From Laetmonice hystrix (lineage: Eukaryota), in NCBI GenBank assembly GCA_965235115.1, contig OZ249436.1:28894001-28958000 (forward strand): a DNA stretch of 64,000 bases. Direction: 5' to 3'. Position numbers and translations under genes: made by a program. Position 1 is the first letter of the stretch. Every line of letters begins with the position of its first letter. Under the pieces are notes generated by a model. That model worked only from the letters and a program-made list of their open reading frames with translations. It had not been told where the DNA came from and made no database searches. Below are positions 1 to 13,900 of the stretch, piece by piece.

Positions 1-1029
1 TTATTTGTTTAACAGCCCCCCCCCCGCCCAGTCTAAAAAAGACGTTCCTGTTTTCTTGTTATTATAAAATGAGCAGCCTAAAAGGCCTAATCCAAAATTT
101 CACATATATGGAGCCCTTCTCTTTTGGGCAGGCACCGACTTCTAAACTTTTGGGAGTCTAACGTCACTTTTTTAACCGTTTTAACATAGCTTTGCTGGGC
201 TACTATTTCAGCTTTTACATAGACCTAGTGAGGGCTTAGTCCCACTAGGCATTTTTGTGGCCTTGGGATGTTCTCCCAATGTAAACTGAAAAGCCTCGGG
301 AGACTTCGGGAACAGGTTACTGGGTGCTTTGAAAAAGCTTTGGGATCATCGGGAGCCATGTGGAACCGTCGGGAGGCATCGGAAGAACTGCGGAAAATTT
401 CAATGCCTGCATTAAATTTTTTCCTGATGTGGGTGCCGGGGAACAATAGGTGCCATCCGTTTCATCACCATATGGGGGTGAGGGTGGGGAAGGTGTTGGT
501 TGTGTGGTCAGAAGTAATGTCTGAGGGCCAGACAGCCATAGCATGTGGATTGGGAAGGGGATGAGATGTTGGCTAAGTGTTTGGAGGGAATGTCTGATGA
601 CCAATCAGTCATGTCAGGGATTGGAAAGGGGGATATTGGATTGGTTGGAGGTGGTAGTATAGAAGAAAAACGAAAAACACCCCCAAAAAATCGCAAAAGA
701 AAAGAAAAAAAACAACAGTTTGTGGGTGATGCATGTCCCAATACTGAGACATGTCTGCTGGGTGTTTATATCAGGGGTATTCTGATTTCGCTGTTCTGGT
801 GAGTCGTTGTGGGTGGTTGGAGGTGGTAGTATAAAAGAAAAACGAAAAATAACAAAAAAATCACAAAAGAAAAAAATGAAAAAATGTTTGTGGGTATTGA
901 CCCTTCAGATGAGATATCTGCACTGTGACACTACGCCACTCCTGCACACATGTCATTCTTGTCTTGTTGTAACTGAATGACTATAGTAAAAATCAATAAT
1001 GATGAATTTGAATGAGTAGTTCGGGATAA

Positions 1030-1640
1030 TGTTTTAAGGCGACTCGGCCATATCATGGAGATTGTGAAGGGATGAAGGTGTTGGCTGAGTGGTTAGGGGT
1101 AACGTCTGAGGGTCAATCAGCCATATTATGGGGATTGGGAAATGGGGGTGTTGGCTGAATGCTTGAGGGGTAGTGTCAGGAGGTCCGTCAGCCATATCAT
1201 GAAAGTTGAGAAAAAGGGAGGTGTTGGGTGGGTGGTACGGGGTAATGTCTTAAGGCCACTCGGCCATTCCTGGGGGCTTAGGTCTTAGGGGTAAAGTCTG
1301 GGGGCCAGTGAGCCATATCATGGGGAGTGGGAAGGGAGATGTTGTTGTCTGAGATGTTGAGGGTAACGTCTGGTAACGTTGGTAATTTTGAGTCATTTTA
1401 TCCTCATTTATTTTCATTATCATCCCCCGTGGGGCCCGGGGAACAATAGGCCCCATCCGTTTCAACACCCTATGGGTATGTGTGAGGGTGGAGAAGTTGT
1501 TGGCTGAGTGGTACGGGGTAAGGCCTGAGGGTCATTTGGCCATATCATCGGGGCTGGGAAGGGGGGGAAGGTGTTGGCTGATTGGTTAGGGGTAACGTCT
1601 GACTGCCAGCCAGCCATATCATGGGGTTTGGGGAATGGGA
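1030..1640. repeat. Degenerate ~60-bp G-rich subrepeats inside the macrosatellite unit (also at ~480-650)
   Basis: GAAGGTGTTGGCTGAGTGGTTAGGGGTAACGTCTGAGGGTCAATCAGCCATATCATGGGG-like blocks recur about every 60 bp. Confidence 0.85.
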
Positions 1641-1654
1641 GGCAGGGTCATGCT

Positions 1655-1915
1655 TATTTACAAGAACAGAAAGAGTTTACGATCACTCTCCATCTACATG
1701 GGCCAAAGGCCTACAAGTACCTGCGAGAAAAACTGACGTGACATCTGAAGCACTCATGTTCATGGTAGTGGGAATGAAGGGCATCTGGAAGTCACCGACT
1801 GGATACTTATAACACGGACACTCAAGCCTGACACTCAAAAAGTTCTTGTGGAACATGCATTAAATATGCTTCATGAATGCAGTATCAGCCTTTTGTGCTT
1901 AACCATGGATAGTCA
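1655..1915 (+). pseudogene. P-element/THAP9-like transposase relic, repeated in every macrosatellite unit
   Basis: Translation across frame breaks gives QEQKEFTITLHLHGPKAYKYLRE / TDVTSEALMFMVVGMKGIWKSPTGY / TRTLKPDTQKVLVEHALNMLHECSISLLCLTMD. These match the P-transposase motifs (F)ALTLHxxxPKAYxYLR, EALVFMVVGxxGxWKxPIAY and the xTxD catalytic-Asp strand. An internal deletion, a frameshift and stops are present. Confidence 0.85.
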
Positions 1916-4900
1916 ACAACCTTGTAAAAGGGCTGCTAAAAATGTCCATGTAAAAGGCTTGTTAGTAGATAGTACTGTTCATGTGACAGCCTTGCCTTGA
2001 AACCATTATGATTTTGACATACGTTTTTTATATATTTTTTATACTTGTTTTACTTATAAATTATACGTGACAAACTAAGAAATAAGTTCCATAGGAGATA
2101 AGACCTTAAACAGGATCTGATTTGCTACATTAGTGAGGTATCCTGGCATGGTCAGCTCTGCCTCATGAACATATGGGTAAATTAGATCCTGTCTCAAGTT
2201 TTACCTCCTTATTTGTTTAACAGCCCCCCCCCCCCCCCGCCCAGTCTAAAAAAGACGTTCCTGTTTTCTTGTTATTATAAAATGAGCAGCCTAAAAGGCC
2301 TAATCCAAAATTTCACATATATGGAGCCCTTCTCTTTTGGGCAGGCACCGACTTCTAAACTTTTGGGAGTCTAACGTCACTTTTTTAACCGTTTTAACAT
2401 AGCTTTGCTGGGCTACTATTTCAGCTTTTACATAGACCTAGTGAGGGCTTAGTCCCACTAGGCATTTTTGTGGCCTTGGGATGTTCTCCCAATGGCCATT
2501 CCTGGGGGCTTAGGTCTTAGGGGTAAAGTCTGGGGGCCAGTGAGCCATATCATGGGGAGTGGGAAGGGAGATGTTGTTGTCTGAGATGTTGAGGGTAACG
2601 TCTGGTAACGTTGGTAATTTTGAGTCATTTTATCCTCATTTATTTTCATTATCATCCCCCGTGGGGCCCGGGGAACAATAGGCCCCATCCGTTTCAACAC
2701 CCTATGGGTATGTGTGAGGGTGGAGAAGTTGTTGGCTGAGTGGTACGGGGTAAGGCCTGAGGGTCATTTGGCCATATCATCGGGGCTGGGAAGGGGGGGG
2801 AAGGTGTTGGCTGATTGGTTAGGGGTAACGTCTGACTGCCAGCCAGCCATATCATGGGGTTTGGGGAATGGGAGGCAGGGTCATGCTTATTTACAAGAAC
2901 AGAAAGAGTTTACGATCACTCTCCATCTACATGGGCCAAAGGCCTACAAGTACCTGCGAGAAAAACTGACGTGACATCTGAAGCACTCATGTTCATGGTA
3001 GTGGGAATGAAGGGCATCTGGAAGTCACCGACTGGATACTTATAACACGGACACTCAAGCCTGACACTCAAAAAGTTCTTGTGGAACATGCATTAAATAT
3101 GCTTCATGAATGCAGTATCAGCCTTTTGTGCTTAACCATGGATAGTCAACAACCTTGTAAAAGGGCTGCTAAAAATGTCCATGTAAAAGGCTTGTTAGTA
3201 GATAGTACTGTTCATGTGACAGCCTTGCCTTGAAACCATTATGATTTTGACATACGTTTTTTATATATTTTTTATACTTGTTTTACTTATAAATTATACG
3301 TGACAAACTAAGAAATAAGTTCCATAGGAGATAAGACCTTAAACAGGATCTGATTTGCTACATTAGTGAGGTATCCTGGCATGGTCAGCTCTGCCTCATG
3401 AACATATGGGTAAATTAGATCCTGTCTCAAGTTTTACCTCCTTATTTGTTTAACAGCCCCCCCCCCCCCGCCCAGTCTAAAAAAGACGTTCCTGTTTTCT
3501 TGTTATTATAAAATGAGCAGCCTAAAAGGCCTAATCCAAAATTTCACATATATGGAGCCCTTCTCTTTTGGGCAGGCACCGACTTCTAAACTTTTGGGAG
3601 TCTAACGTCACTTTTTTAACCGTTTTAACATAGCTTTGCTGGGCTACTATTTCAGCTTTTACATAGACCTAGTGAGGGCTTAGTCCCACTAGGCATTTTT
3701 GTGGCCTTGGGATGTTCTCCCAATGTAAACTGAAAAGCCTCGGGAGACTTCGGGAACAGGTTACTGGGTGCTTTGAAAAAGCTTTGGGATCATCGGGAGC
3801 CATGTGGAACCGTCGGGAGGCATCGGAAGAACTGCGGAAAATTTCAATGCCTGCATTAAATTTTTTCCTGATGTGGGTGCCGGGGAACAATAGGTGCCAT
3901 CCGTTTCATCACCATATGGGGGTGAGGGTGGGGAAGGTGTTGGTTGTGTGGTCAGAAGTAATGTCTGAGGGCCAGACAGCCATAGCATGTGGATTGGGAA
4001 GGGGATGAGATGTTGGCTAAGTGTTTGGAGGGAATGTCTGATGACCAATCAGTCATGTCAGGGATTGGAAAGGGGGATATTGGATTGATTGGAGGTGGTA
4101 GTATAGAAGAAAAACGAAAAATACCCCCAAAAAATCGCAAAAGAAAAGAAAAAAAACAACAGTTTGTGGGTGATGCATGTCCCAATACTGAGACATGTCT
4201 GCTGGGTGTTTATATCAGGGGTATTCTGATTTCGCTGTTCTGGTGAGTCACTGTGGGTGGTTGGAGGTGGTAGTATAAAAGAAAAACGAAAAATAACAAA
4301 AAAATCACAAAAGAAAAAAATGAAAAAATGTTTGTGGGTATTGACCCTTCAGATGAGATATCTGCACTGTGACACTACGCCACTCCTGCACACATGTCAT
4401 TCTTGTCTTGTTGTAACTGAATGACTATAGTAAAAATCAATAATGATGAATTTGAATGAGTAGTTCGGGATAATGTTTTAAGGCGACTCGGCCATATCAT
4501 GGAGATTGTGAAGTAATGAAGGTGTTGGCTGAGTGGTTAGGGGTAACGTCTGAGGGTCAATCAGCCATATTATGGGGATTGGGAAATGGGGGTGTTGGCT
4601 GAATGCTTGAGGGGTAGTGTCAGGAGGTCCGTCAGCCATATCATGAAAGTTGAGAAAAAGGGAGGTGTTGGGTGGGTGGTACGGGGTAATGTCTTAAGGC
4701 CACTCGGCCATTCCAGGGGGCTTAGGTCTTAGGGGTAAAGTCTGGGGGCCAGTGAGCCATATCATGGGGAGTGGGAAGGGAGATGTTGTTGTCTGAGATG
4801 TTGAGGGTAACGTCTGGTAACGTTGGTAATTTTGAGTCATTTTATCCTCATTTATTTTCATTATCATCCCCCGTGGGGCCCGGGGAACAATAGGCCCCAT

Positions 4901-7900
4901 CCGTTTCAACACCCTATGGGTATGTGTGAGGGTGGAGAAGTTGTTGGCTGAGTGGTACGGGGTAAGGCCTGAGGGTCATTTGGCCATATCATCGGGGCTG
5001 GGAAGGGGGGGGAAGGTGTTGGCTGATTGGTTAGGGGTAACGTCTGACTGCCAGCCAGCCATATCATGGGGTTTGGGGAATGGGAGGCAGGGTCATGCTT
5101 ACTTACAAGAACAGAAAGAGTTTACGATCACTCTCCATCTACATGGGCCAAAGGCCTACAAGTACCTGCGAGAAAAACTGACGTGACATCTGAAGCACTC
5201 ATGTTCATGGTAGTGGGAATGAAGGGCATCTGGAAGTCACCGACTGGATACTTATAACACGGACACTCAAGCCTGACACTCAAAAAGTTCTTGTGGAACA
5301 TGCATTAAATATGCTTCATGAATGCAGTATCAGCCTTCTGTGCTTAACCATGGATAGTCAACAACCTTGTAAAAGGGCTGCTAAAAATGTCCATGTAAAA
5401 GGCTTGTTAGTAGATAGTACTGTTCATGTGACAGCCTTGCCTTGAAACCATTATGATTTTGACATACGTTTTTTATATATTTTTTATACTTGTTTTACTT
5501 ATAAATTATACGTGACAAACTAAGAAATAAGTTCCATAGGAGATAAGACCTTAAACAGGATCTGATTTGCTACATTAGTGAGGTATCCTGGCATGGTCAG
5601 CTCTGCCTCATGAACATATGGGTAAATTAGATACTGTCTCAAGTTTTACCTCCTTATTTGTTTAACAGCCCCCCCCCCCCCCCGCCCAGTCTAAAAAAGA
5701 CGTTCCTGTTTTCTTGTTATTATAAAATGAGCAGCCTAAAAGGCCTAATCCAAAATTTCACATATATGGAGCCCTTCTCTTTTGGGCAGGCACCGACTTC
5801 TAAACTTTTGGGAGTCTAACGTCACTTTTTTAACCGTTTTAACATAGCTTTGCTGGGCTACTATTTCAGCTTTTACATAGACCTAGTGAGGGCTTAGTCC
5901 CACTAGGCATTTTTGTGGCCTTGGGATGTTCTCCCAATGTAAACTGAAAAGCCTCGGGAGACTTCGGGAACAGGTTACTGGGTGCTTTGAAAAAGCTTTG
6001 GGATCATCGGGAGCCATGTGGAACCGTCGGGAGGCATCGGAAGAACTGCGGAAAATTTCAATGCCTGCATTAAATTTTTTCCTGATGTGGGTGCCGGGGA
6101 ACAATAGGTGCCATCCGTTTCATCACCATATGGGGGTGAGGGTGGGGAAGGTGTTGGTTGTGTGGTCAGAAGTAATGTCTGAGGGCCAGACAGCCATAGC
6201 ATGTGGATTGGGAAGGGGATGAGATGTTGGCTAAGTGTTTGGAGGGAATGTCTGAGGACCAATCAGTCATGTTAGGGATTGGAAAGGGGGATATTGGATT
6301 GGTTGGAGGTGGTAGTATAGAAGAAAAACGAAAAATACCCCCAAAAAAATCGCAAAAGAAAAAAATGAAACAACAGTTTGTCGGTGATGCATGTCGCAAT
6401 ACTGAGACATGTCTGCTGGGTGTTTATATCAGGGGTAACCTGATTTCGCTGTTCTGGTGAGTCACTGTGGGTGGTTGGAGGTGGTAGTATAGAAGAAAAA
6501 CGAAAAATACCAAAAAAATCACAAAAGAAAAAAATGAAAAAATGTTTGTGGGTGTTGACCCTTCAGATGAGATATCTGCACTGTGACACTACGCCACTCC
6601 TGCACACATGTCATTCTTGTCTTGTTGTAACTGAATGACTATAGTAAAAATCAACAATGATGAATTTGAGTGAGTAGTTCGGGATAATGTTTTAAGGCCA
6701 CTCGGCCATATCATGGGGATTGTGAAGGGATGAAGGTGTTGGCTGAGTGGTTAGGGGTAACGTCTGAGGGTCAATCAGCCATATTATGGGGATTGGGAAA
6801 TGGGGGTGTTGGCTGAATGCTTGAGGGGTAGTGTCAGGAGGTCCGTCAGCCATATCATGAAAGTTGAGAAAAAGGGAGGTGTTGGGTGGGTGGTACGGGG
6901 TAATGTCTTAAGGCCACTCGGCCATTCCTGGGGGCTTAGGTCTTAGGGGTAAAGTCTGGGGGCCAGTGAGCCATATCATGGGGAGTGGGAAGGGAGATGT
7001 TGTTGTCTGAGATGTTGAGGGTAACGTCTGGTAACGTTGGTAATTTTGAGTCATTTGATCCTCATTTATTTTCATTATCATCCCCCGTGGGGCCCGGGGA
7101 ACAATAGGCCCCATCCGTTTCAACACCCTATGGGTATGTGTGAGGGTGGAGAAGTTGTTGGCTGAGTGGTACGGGGTAAGGCCTGAGGGTCATTTGGCCA
7201 TATCATCGGGGCTGGGAAGGGGGGGGGGAAGGTGTTGGCTGATTGGTTAGGGGTAACGTCTGACTGCCAGCCAGCCATATCATGGGGTTTGGGGAATGGG
7301 AGGCAGGGTCATGCTTACTTACAAGAACAGAAAGAGTTTACGATCACTCTCCATCTACATGGGCCAAAGGCCTACAAGTACCTGCGAGAAAAACTGACGT
7401 GACATCTGAAGCACTCATGTTCATGGTAGTGGGAATGAAGGGCATCTGGAAGTCACCGACTGGATACTTATAACACGGACACTCAAGCCTGACACTCAAA
7501 AAGTTCTTGTGGAACATGCATTAAATATGCTTCATGAATGCAGTATCAGCCTTTTGTGCTTAACCATGGATAGTCAACAACCTTGTAAAAGGGCTGCTAA
7601 AAATGTCCATGTAAAAGGCTTGTTAGTAGATAGTACTGTTCATGTGACAGCCTTGCCTTGAAACCATTATGATTTTGACATACGTTTTTTATATATTTTT
7701 TATACTTGTTTTACTTATAAATTATACGTGACAAACTAAGAAATAAGTTCCATAGGAGATAAGACCTTAAACAGGATCTGATTTGCTACATTAGTGAGGT
7801 ATCCTGGCATGGTCAGCTCTGCCTCATGAACATATGGGTAAATTAGATCCTGTCTCAAGTTTTACCTCCTTATTTGTTTACCAGCCACCCCCCCCCCCCC

Positions 7901-10900
7901 CCGCCCAGTCTAAAAAAGACGTTCCTGTTTTCTTGTTATTATAAAATGAGCAGCCTAAAAGGCCTAATCCAAAATTTCACATATATGGAGCCCGTCTCTT
8001 TTGGGCAGGCACCGACTTCTGAACTTTTGGGAGTCTAACGTCACTTTTTTAACCGTTTTAACATAGCTTTGCTGGGCTACTATTTCAGCTTTTACATAGA
8101 CCTAGTGAGGGCTTAGTCCCACTAGGCATTTTTTGGCCTTGGGATGTTCTCCCAATGTAAACTGAAAAGCCTCGGGAGACTTCGGGAACAGGTTACTGGG
8201 TGCTTTGAAAAAGCTTTGGGATCATCGGGAGCCATGTGGAACCGTCGGGAGGCATCGGAAGAACTGCGGAAAATTTCAATGCCTGCATTAAATTTTTTCC
8301 TGATGTGGGTGCCGGGGAACAATAGGTGCCATCCGTTTCATCACCATATGGGGGTGAGGGTGGGGAAGGTGTTGGTTGTGTGGTCAGAAGTAATGTCTGA
8401 GGGCCAGACAGCCATAGCATGTGGATTGGGAAGGGGATGAGATGTTGGCTAAGTGTTTGGAGGGAATGTCTGAGGACCAATCAGTCATGTTAGGGATTGG
8501 AAAGGGGGATATTGGATTGGTTGGAGGTGGTAGTATAGAAGAAAAACGAAAAATACCCCCCCAAAAATCGCAAAAGAAAAAAATGAAACAACAGTTTGTG
8601 GGTGATGCATGTCGCAATACTGAGACATGTCTGCTGCGTGTTTATATCAGGGGTAACCTGATTTCGCTGTTCTGGTGAGTCACTGTGGGTGGTTGGAGGT
8701 GGTAGTATAGAAGAAAAACGAAAAATACCAAAAAAATCACAAAAGAAAAAAATGAAAAAATGTTTGTGGGTGTTGACCCTTCAGATGAGATATCTGCACT
8801 GTGACACTACGCCACTCCTGCACACATGTCATTCTTGTCTTGTTGTAACTGAATGACTATAGTAAAAATCAACAATGATGAATTTGAGTGAGTAGTTCGG
8901 GATAATGTTTTAAGGCCACTCGGCCATATCATGGGGATTGTGAAGGGATGAAGGTGTTGGCTGAGTGGTTAGGGGTAACGTCTGAGGGTCAATCAGCCAT
9001 ATTATGGGGATTGGGAAATGGGGGTGTTGGCTGAATGCTTGAGGGGTAATGTCAGGAGGTCCGTCAGCCATATCAAGAAAGTTGAGAAGAAGGGAGGTGT
9101 TGGGTGGGTGGTACGGGGTAATGTCTTAAGGCCACTCGGCCATTCCTGGGGGCTTAGGTCCCAGGGGTAAAGTCTGGGGGCCAGTGAGCCATATCATGGG
9201 GAGTGGGAAGGGAGATGTTGTTGTCTGAGATGTTGAGGGTAACGTCTGGTAACGTTGGTAATTTTGAGTCATTTTATCCTCATTTATTTTCATTATCATC
9301 CCCCGTGGGGCCCGGGGAACAATAGGCCCCATCCGTTTCAACACCCTATGGGTATGTGTGAGGGTGGAGAAGTTGTTGGCTGAGTGGTACGGGGTAAGGC
9401 CTGAGGGTCATTTGGCCATATCATCGGGGCTGGGAAGGGGGGGGGAGGTGTTGGCTGATTGGTTAGGGGTAACGTCTGACTGCCAGCCAGCCATATCATG
9501 GGGTTTGGGGAATGGGAGGCAGGGTCATGCTTACTTACAAGAACAGAAAGAGTTTACGATCACTCTCCATCTACATGGGCCAAAGGCCTACAAGTACCTG
9601 CGAGAAAAACTGACGTGACATCTGAAGCACTCATGTTCATGGTAGTGGGAATGAAGGGCATCTGGAAGTCACCGACTGGATACTTATAACACGGACACTC
9701 AAGCCTGACACTCAAAAAGTTCTTGTGGAACATGCATTAAATATGCTTCATGAATGCAGTATCAGCCTTTTGTGCTTAACCATGGATATTCAACAACCTT
9801 GTAAAAGGGCTGCTAAAAATGTCCATGTAAAAGGCTTGTTAGTAGATAGTACTGTTCATGTGACAGCCTTGCCTTGAAACCATTATGATTTTGACATACG
9901 TTTTTTATATATTTTTTATACTTGTTTTACTTATAAATTATACGTGACAAACTAAGAAATAAGTTCCATAGGAGATAAGACCTTAAACAGGATCTGATTT
10001 GCTACATTAGTGAGGTATCCTGGCATGGTCAGCTCTGCCTCATGAACATATGGGTAAATTAGATCCTGTCTCAAGTTTTACCTCCTTATTTGTTTACCAG
10101 CCCCCCCCCCCCCGCCCAGTCTAAAAAAGACGTTCCTGTTTTCTTGTTATTATAAAATGAGCAGCCTAAAAGGCCTAATCCAAAATTTCACATATATGGA
10201 GCCCTTCTCTTTTGGGCAGGCACCGACTTCTAAACTTTTGGGAGTCTAACGTCACTTTTTTAACCGTTTTAACATAGCTTTGCTGGGCTACTATTTCAGC
10301 TTTTACATAGACCTAGTGAGGGCTTAGTCCCACTAGGCATTTTTGTGGCCTTGGGATGTTCTCCCAATGTAAACTGAAAAGCCTCGGGAGACTTCGGGAA
10401 CAGGTTACTGGGTGCTTTGAAAAAGCTTTGGGATCATCGGGAGCCATGTGGAACCGTCGGGAGGCATCGGAAGAACTGCGGAAAATTTCAATGCCTGCAT
10501 TAAATTTTTTCCTGATGTGGGTGCCGGGGAACAATAGGTGCCATCCGTTTCATCACCATATGGGGGTGAGGGTGGGGAAGGTGTTGGTTGTGTGGTCAGA
10601 AGTAATGTCTGAGGGCCAGACAGCCATAGCATGTGGATTGGGAAGGGGATGAGATGTTGGCTAAGTGTTTGGAGGGAATGTCTGAGGACCAATCAGTCAT
10701 GTTAGGGATTGGAAAGGGGGATATTGGATTGGTTGGAGGTGGTAGTATAGAAGAAAAACGAAAAATACCCCCAAAAAAATCGCAAAAGAAAAAAATGAAA
10801 CAACAGTTTGTCGGTGATGCATGTCGTAATACTGAGACATGTCTGCTGGGTGTTTATATCAGGGGTAACCTGATTTCGCTGTTCTGGTGAGTCACTGTGG

Positions 10901-13900
10901 GTGGTTGGAGGTGGTAGTATAAAAGAAAAACGAAAAATACCAAAAAAATCACAAAAGAAAAAAATGAAAAAATGTTTGTGGGTGTTGACCCTTCAGATGA
11001 GATATCTGCACTGTGACACTACGCCACTCCTGCACACATGTCATTCTTGTCTTGTTGTAACTGAATGACTATAGTAAAAATCAACAATGATGAATTTGAG
11101 TGAGTAGTTCGGGATAATGTTTTAAGGCCACTCGGCCATATCATGGGGATTGTGAAGGGATGAAGGTGTTGGCTGAGTGGTTAGGGGTAACGTCTGAGGG
11201 TCAATCAGCCATATTATGGGGATTGGGAAATGGGGGTGTTGGCTGAATGCTTGAGGGGTAGTGTCAGGAGGTCCGTCAGCCATATCATGAAAGTTGAGAA
11301 AAAGGGAGGTGTTGGGTGGGTGGTACGGGGTAATGTCTTAAGGCCACTCGGCCATTCCTGGGGGCTTAGGTCCCAGGGGTAAAGTCTGGGGGCCAGTGAG
11401 CCATATCATGGGGAGTGGGAAGGGAGATGTTGTTGTCTGAGATGTTGAGGGTAACGTCTGGTAACGTTGGTAATTTTGAGTCATTTGATCCTCATTTATT
11501 TTCATTATCATCCCCCGTGGGGCCCGGGGAACAATAGGCCCCATCCGTTTCAACACCCTATGGGTATGTGTGAGGGTGGAGAAGTTGTTGGCTGAGTGGT
11601 ACGGGGTAAGGCCTGAGGGTCATTTGGCCATATCATCGGGGCTGGGAAGGGGGGGGGGAAGGTGTTGGCTGATTGGTTAGGGGTAACGTCTGACTGCCAG
11701 CCAGCCATATCAAGGGGTTTGGGGAATGGGAGGCAGGGAGGCATGCTTACTTACAAGAACAGAAAGAGTTTACGATCACTCTCCATCTACATGGGCCAAA
11801 GGCCTACAAGTACCTGCGAGAAAAACTGACGTGACATCTGAAGCACTCATGTTCATGGTAGTGGGAATGAAGGGCATCTGGAAGTCACCGACTGGATACT
11901 TATAACACGGACACTCAAGCCTGACACTCAAAAAGTTCTTGTGGAACATGCATTAAATATGCTTCATGAATGCAGTATCAGCCTTTTGTGCTTAACCATG
12001 GATAGTCAACAACCTTGTAAAAGGGCTGCTAAAAATGTCCATGTAAAAGGCTTGTTAGTAGATAGTACTGTTCATGTGACAGCCTTGCCTTGAAACCATT
12101 ATGATTTTGACATACGTTTTTTATATATTTTTTATACTTGTTTTACTTATAAATTATACGTGACAAACTAAGAAATAAGTTCCATAGGAGATAAGACCTT
12201 AAACAGGATCTGATTTGCTACATTAGTGAGGTATCCTGGCATGGTCAGCTCTGCCTCATGAACATATGGGTAAATTAGATCCTGTCTCAAGTTTTACCTC
12301 CTTATTTGTTTACCAGCCCCCCCCCCGCCCAGTCTAAAAAAGACGTTCCTGTTTTCTTGTTATTATAAAATGAGCAGCCTAAAAGGCCTAATCCAAAATT
12401 TCACATATATGGAGCCCTTCTCTTTTGGGCAGGCACCGACTTCTGAACTTTTGGGAGTCTAACGTCACTTTTTTAACCGTTTTAACATAGCTTTGCTGGG
12501 CTACTATTTCAGCTTTTACATAGACCTAGTGAGGGCTTAGTCCCACTAGGCATTTTTTGGCCTTGGGATGTTCTCCCAATGTAAACTGAAAAGCCTCGGG
12601 AGACTTCGGGAACAGGTTACTGGGTGCTTTGAAAAAGCTTTGGGATCATCGGGAGCCATGTGGAACCGTCGGGAGGCATCGGAAGAACTGCGGAAAATTT
12701 CAATGCCTGCATTAAATTTTTTCCTGATGTGGGTGCCGGGGAACAATAGGTGCCATCCGTTTCATCACCATATGGGGGTGAGGGTGGGGAAGGTGTTGGT
12801 TGTGTGGTCAGAAGTAATGTCTGAGGGCCAGACAGCCATAGTATGTGGATTGGGAAGGGGATGAGATGTTGGCTAAGTGTTTGGAGGGAATGTCTGAGGA
12901 CCAATCAGTCATGTTAGGGATTGGAAAGGGGGATATTGGATTGGTTGGAGGTGGTAGTATAGAAGAAAAACGAAAAATACCCCCCAAAAAATCGCAAAAG
13001 AAAAAAATGAAACAACAGTTTGTGGGTGATGCATGTCGCAATATGAATTTGAGTGAGTAGTTCGGGATAATGTTTTAAGGCCACTCGGCCATATCATGGG
13101 GATTGTGAAGGGATGAAGGTGTTGGCTGAGTGGTTAGGGGTAACGTCTGAGGGTCAATCAGCCATATTATGGGGATTGGGAAATGGGGGTGTTGGCTGAA
13201 TGCTTGAGGGGTAGTGTCAGGAGGTCCGTCAGCCATATCATGAAAGTTGAGAAAAAGGGAGGTGTTGGGTGGGTGGTACGGGGTAATGTCTTAAGGCCAC
13301 TCGGCCATTCCTGGGGGCTTAGGTCCCAGGGGTAAAGTCTGGGGGCCAGTGAGCCATATCATGGGGAGTGGGAAGGGAGATGTTGTTGTCTGAGATGTTG
13401 AGGGTAACGTCTGGTAACGTTGGTAATTTTGAGTCATTTGATCCTCATTTATTTTCATTATCATCCCCCGTGGGGCCCGGGGAACAATAGGCCCCATCCG
13501 TTTCAACACCCTATGGGTATGTGTGAGGGTGGAGAAGTTGTTGGCTGAGTGGTACGGGGTAAGGCCTGAGGGTCATTTGGCCATATCATCGGGGCTGGGA
13601 AGGGGGGGGGAAGGTGTTGGCTGATTGGTTAGGGGTAACGTCTGACTGCCAGCCAGCCATATCAAGGGGTTTGGGGAATGGGAGGCAGGGAGGCATGCTT
13701 ACTTACAAGAACAGAAAGAGTTTACGATCACTCTCCATCTACATGGGCCAAAGGCCTACAAGTACCTGCGAGAAAAACTGACGTGACATCTGAAGCACTC
13801 ATGTTCATGGTAGTGGGAATGAAGGGCATCTGGAAGTCACCGACTGGATACTTATAACACGGACACTCAAGCCTGACACTCAAAAAGTTCTTGTGGAACA

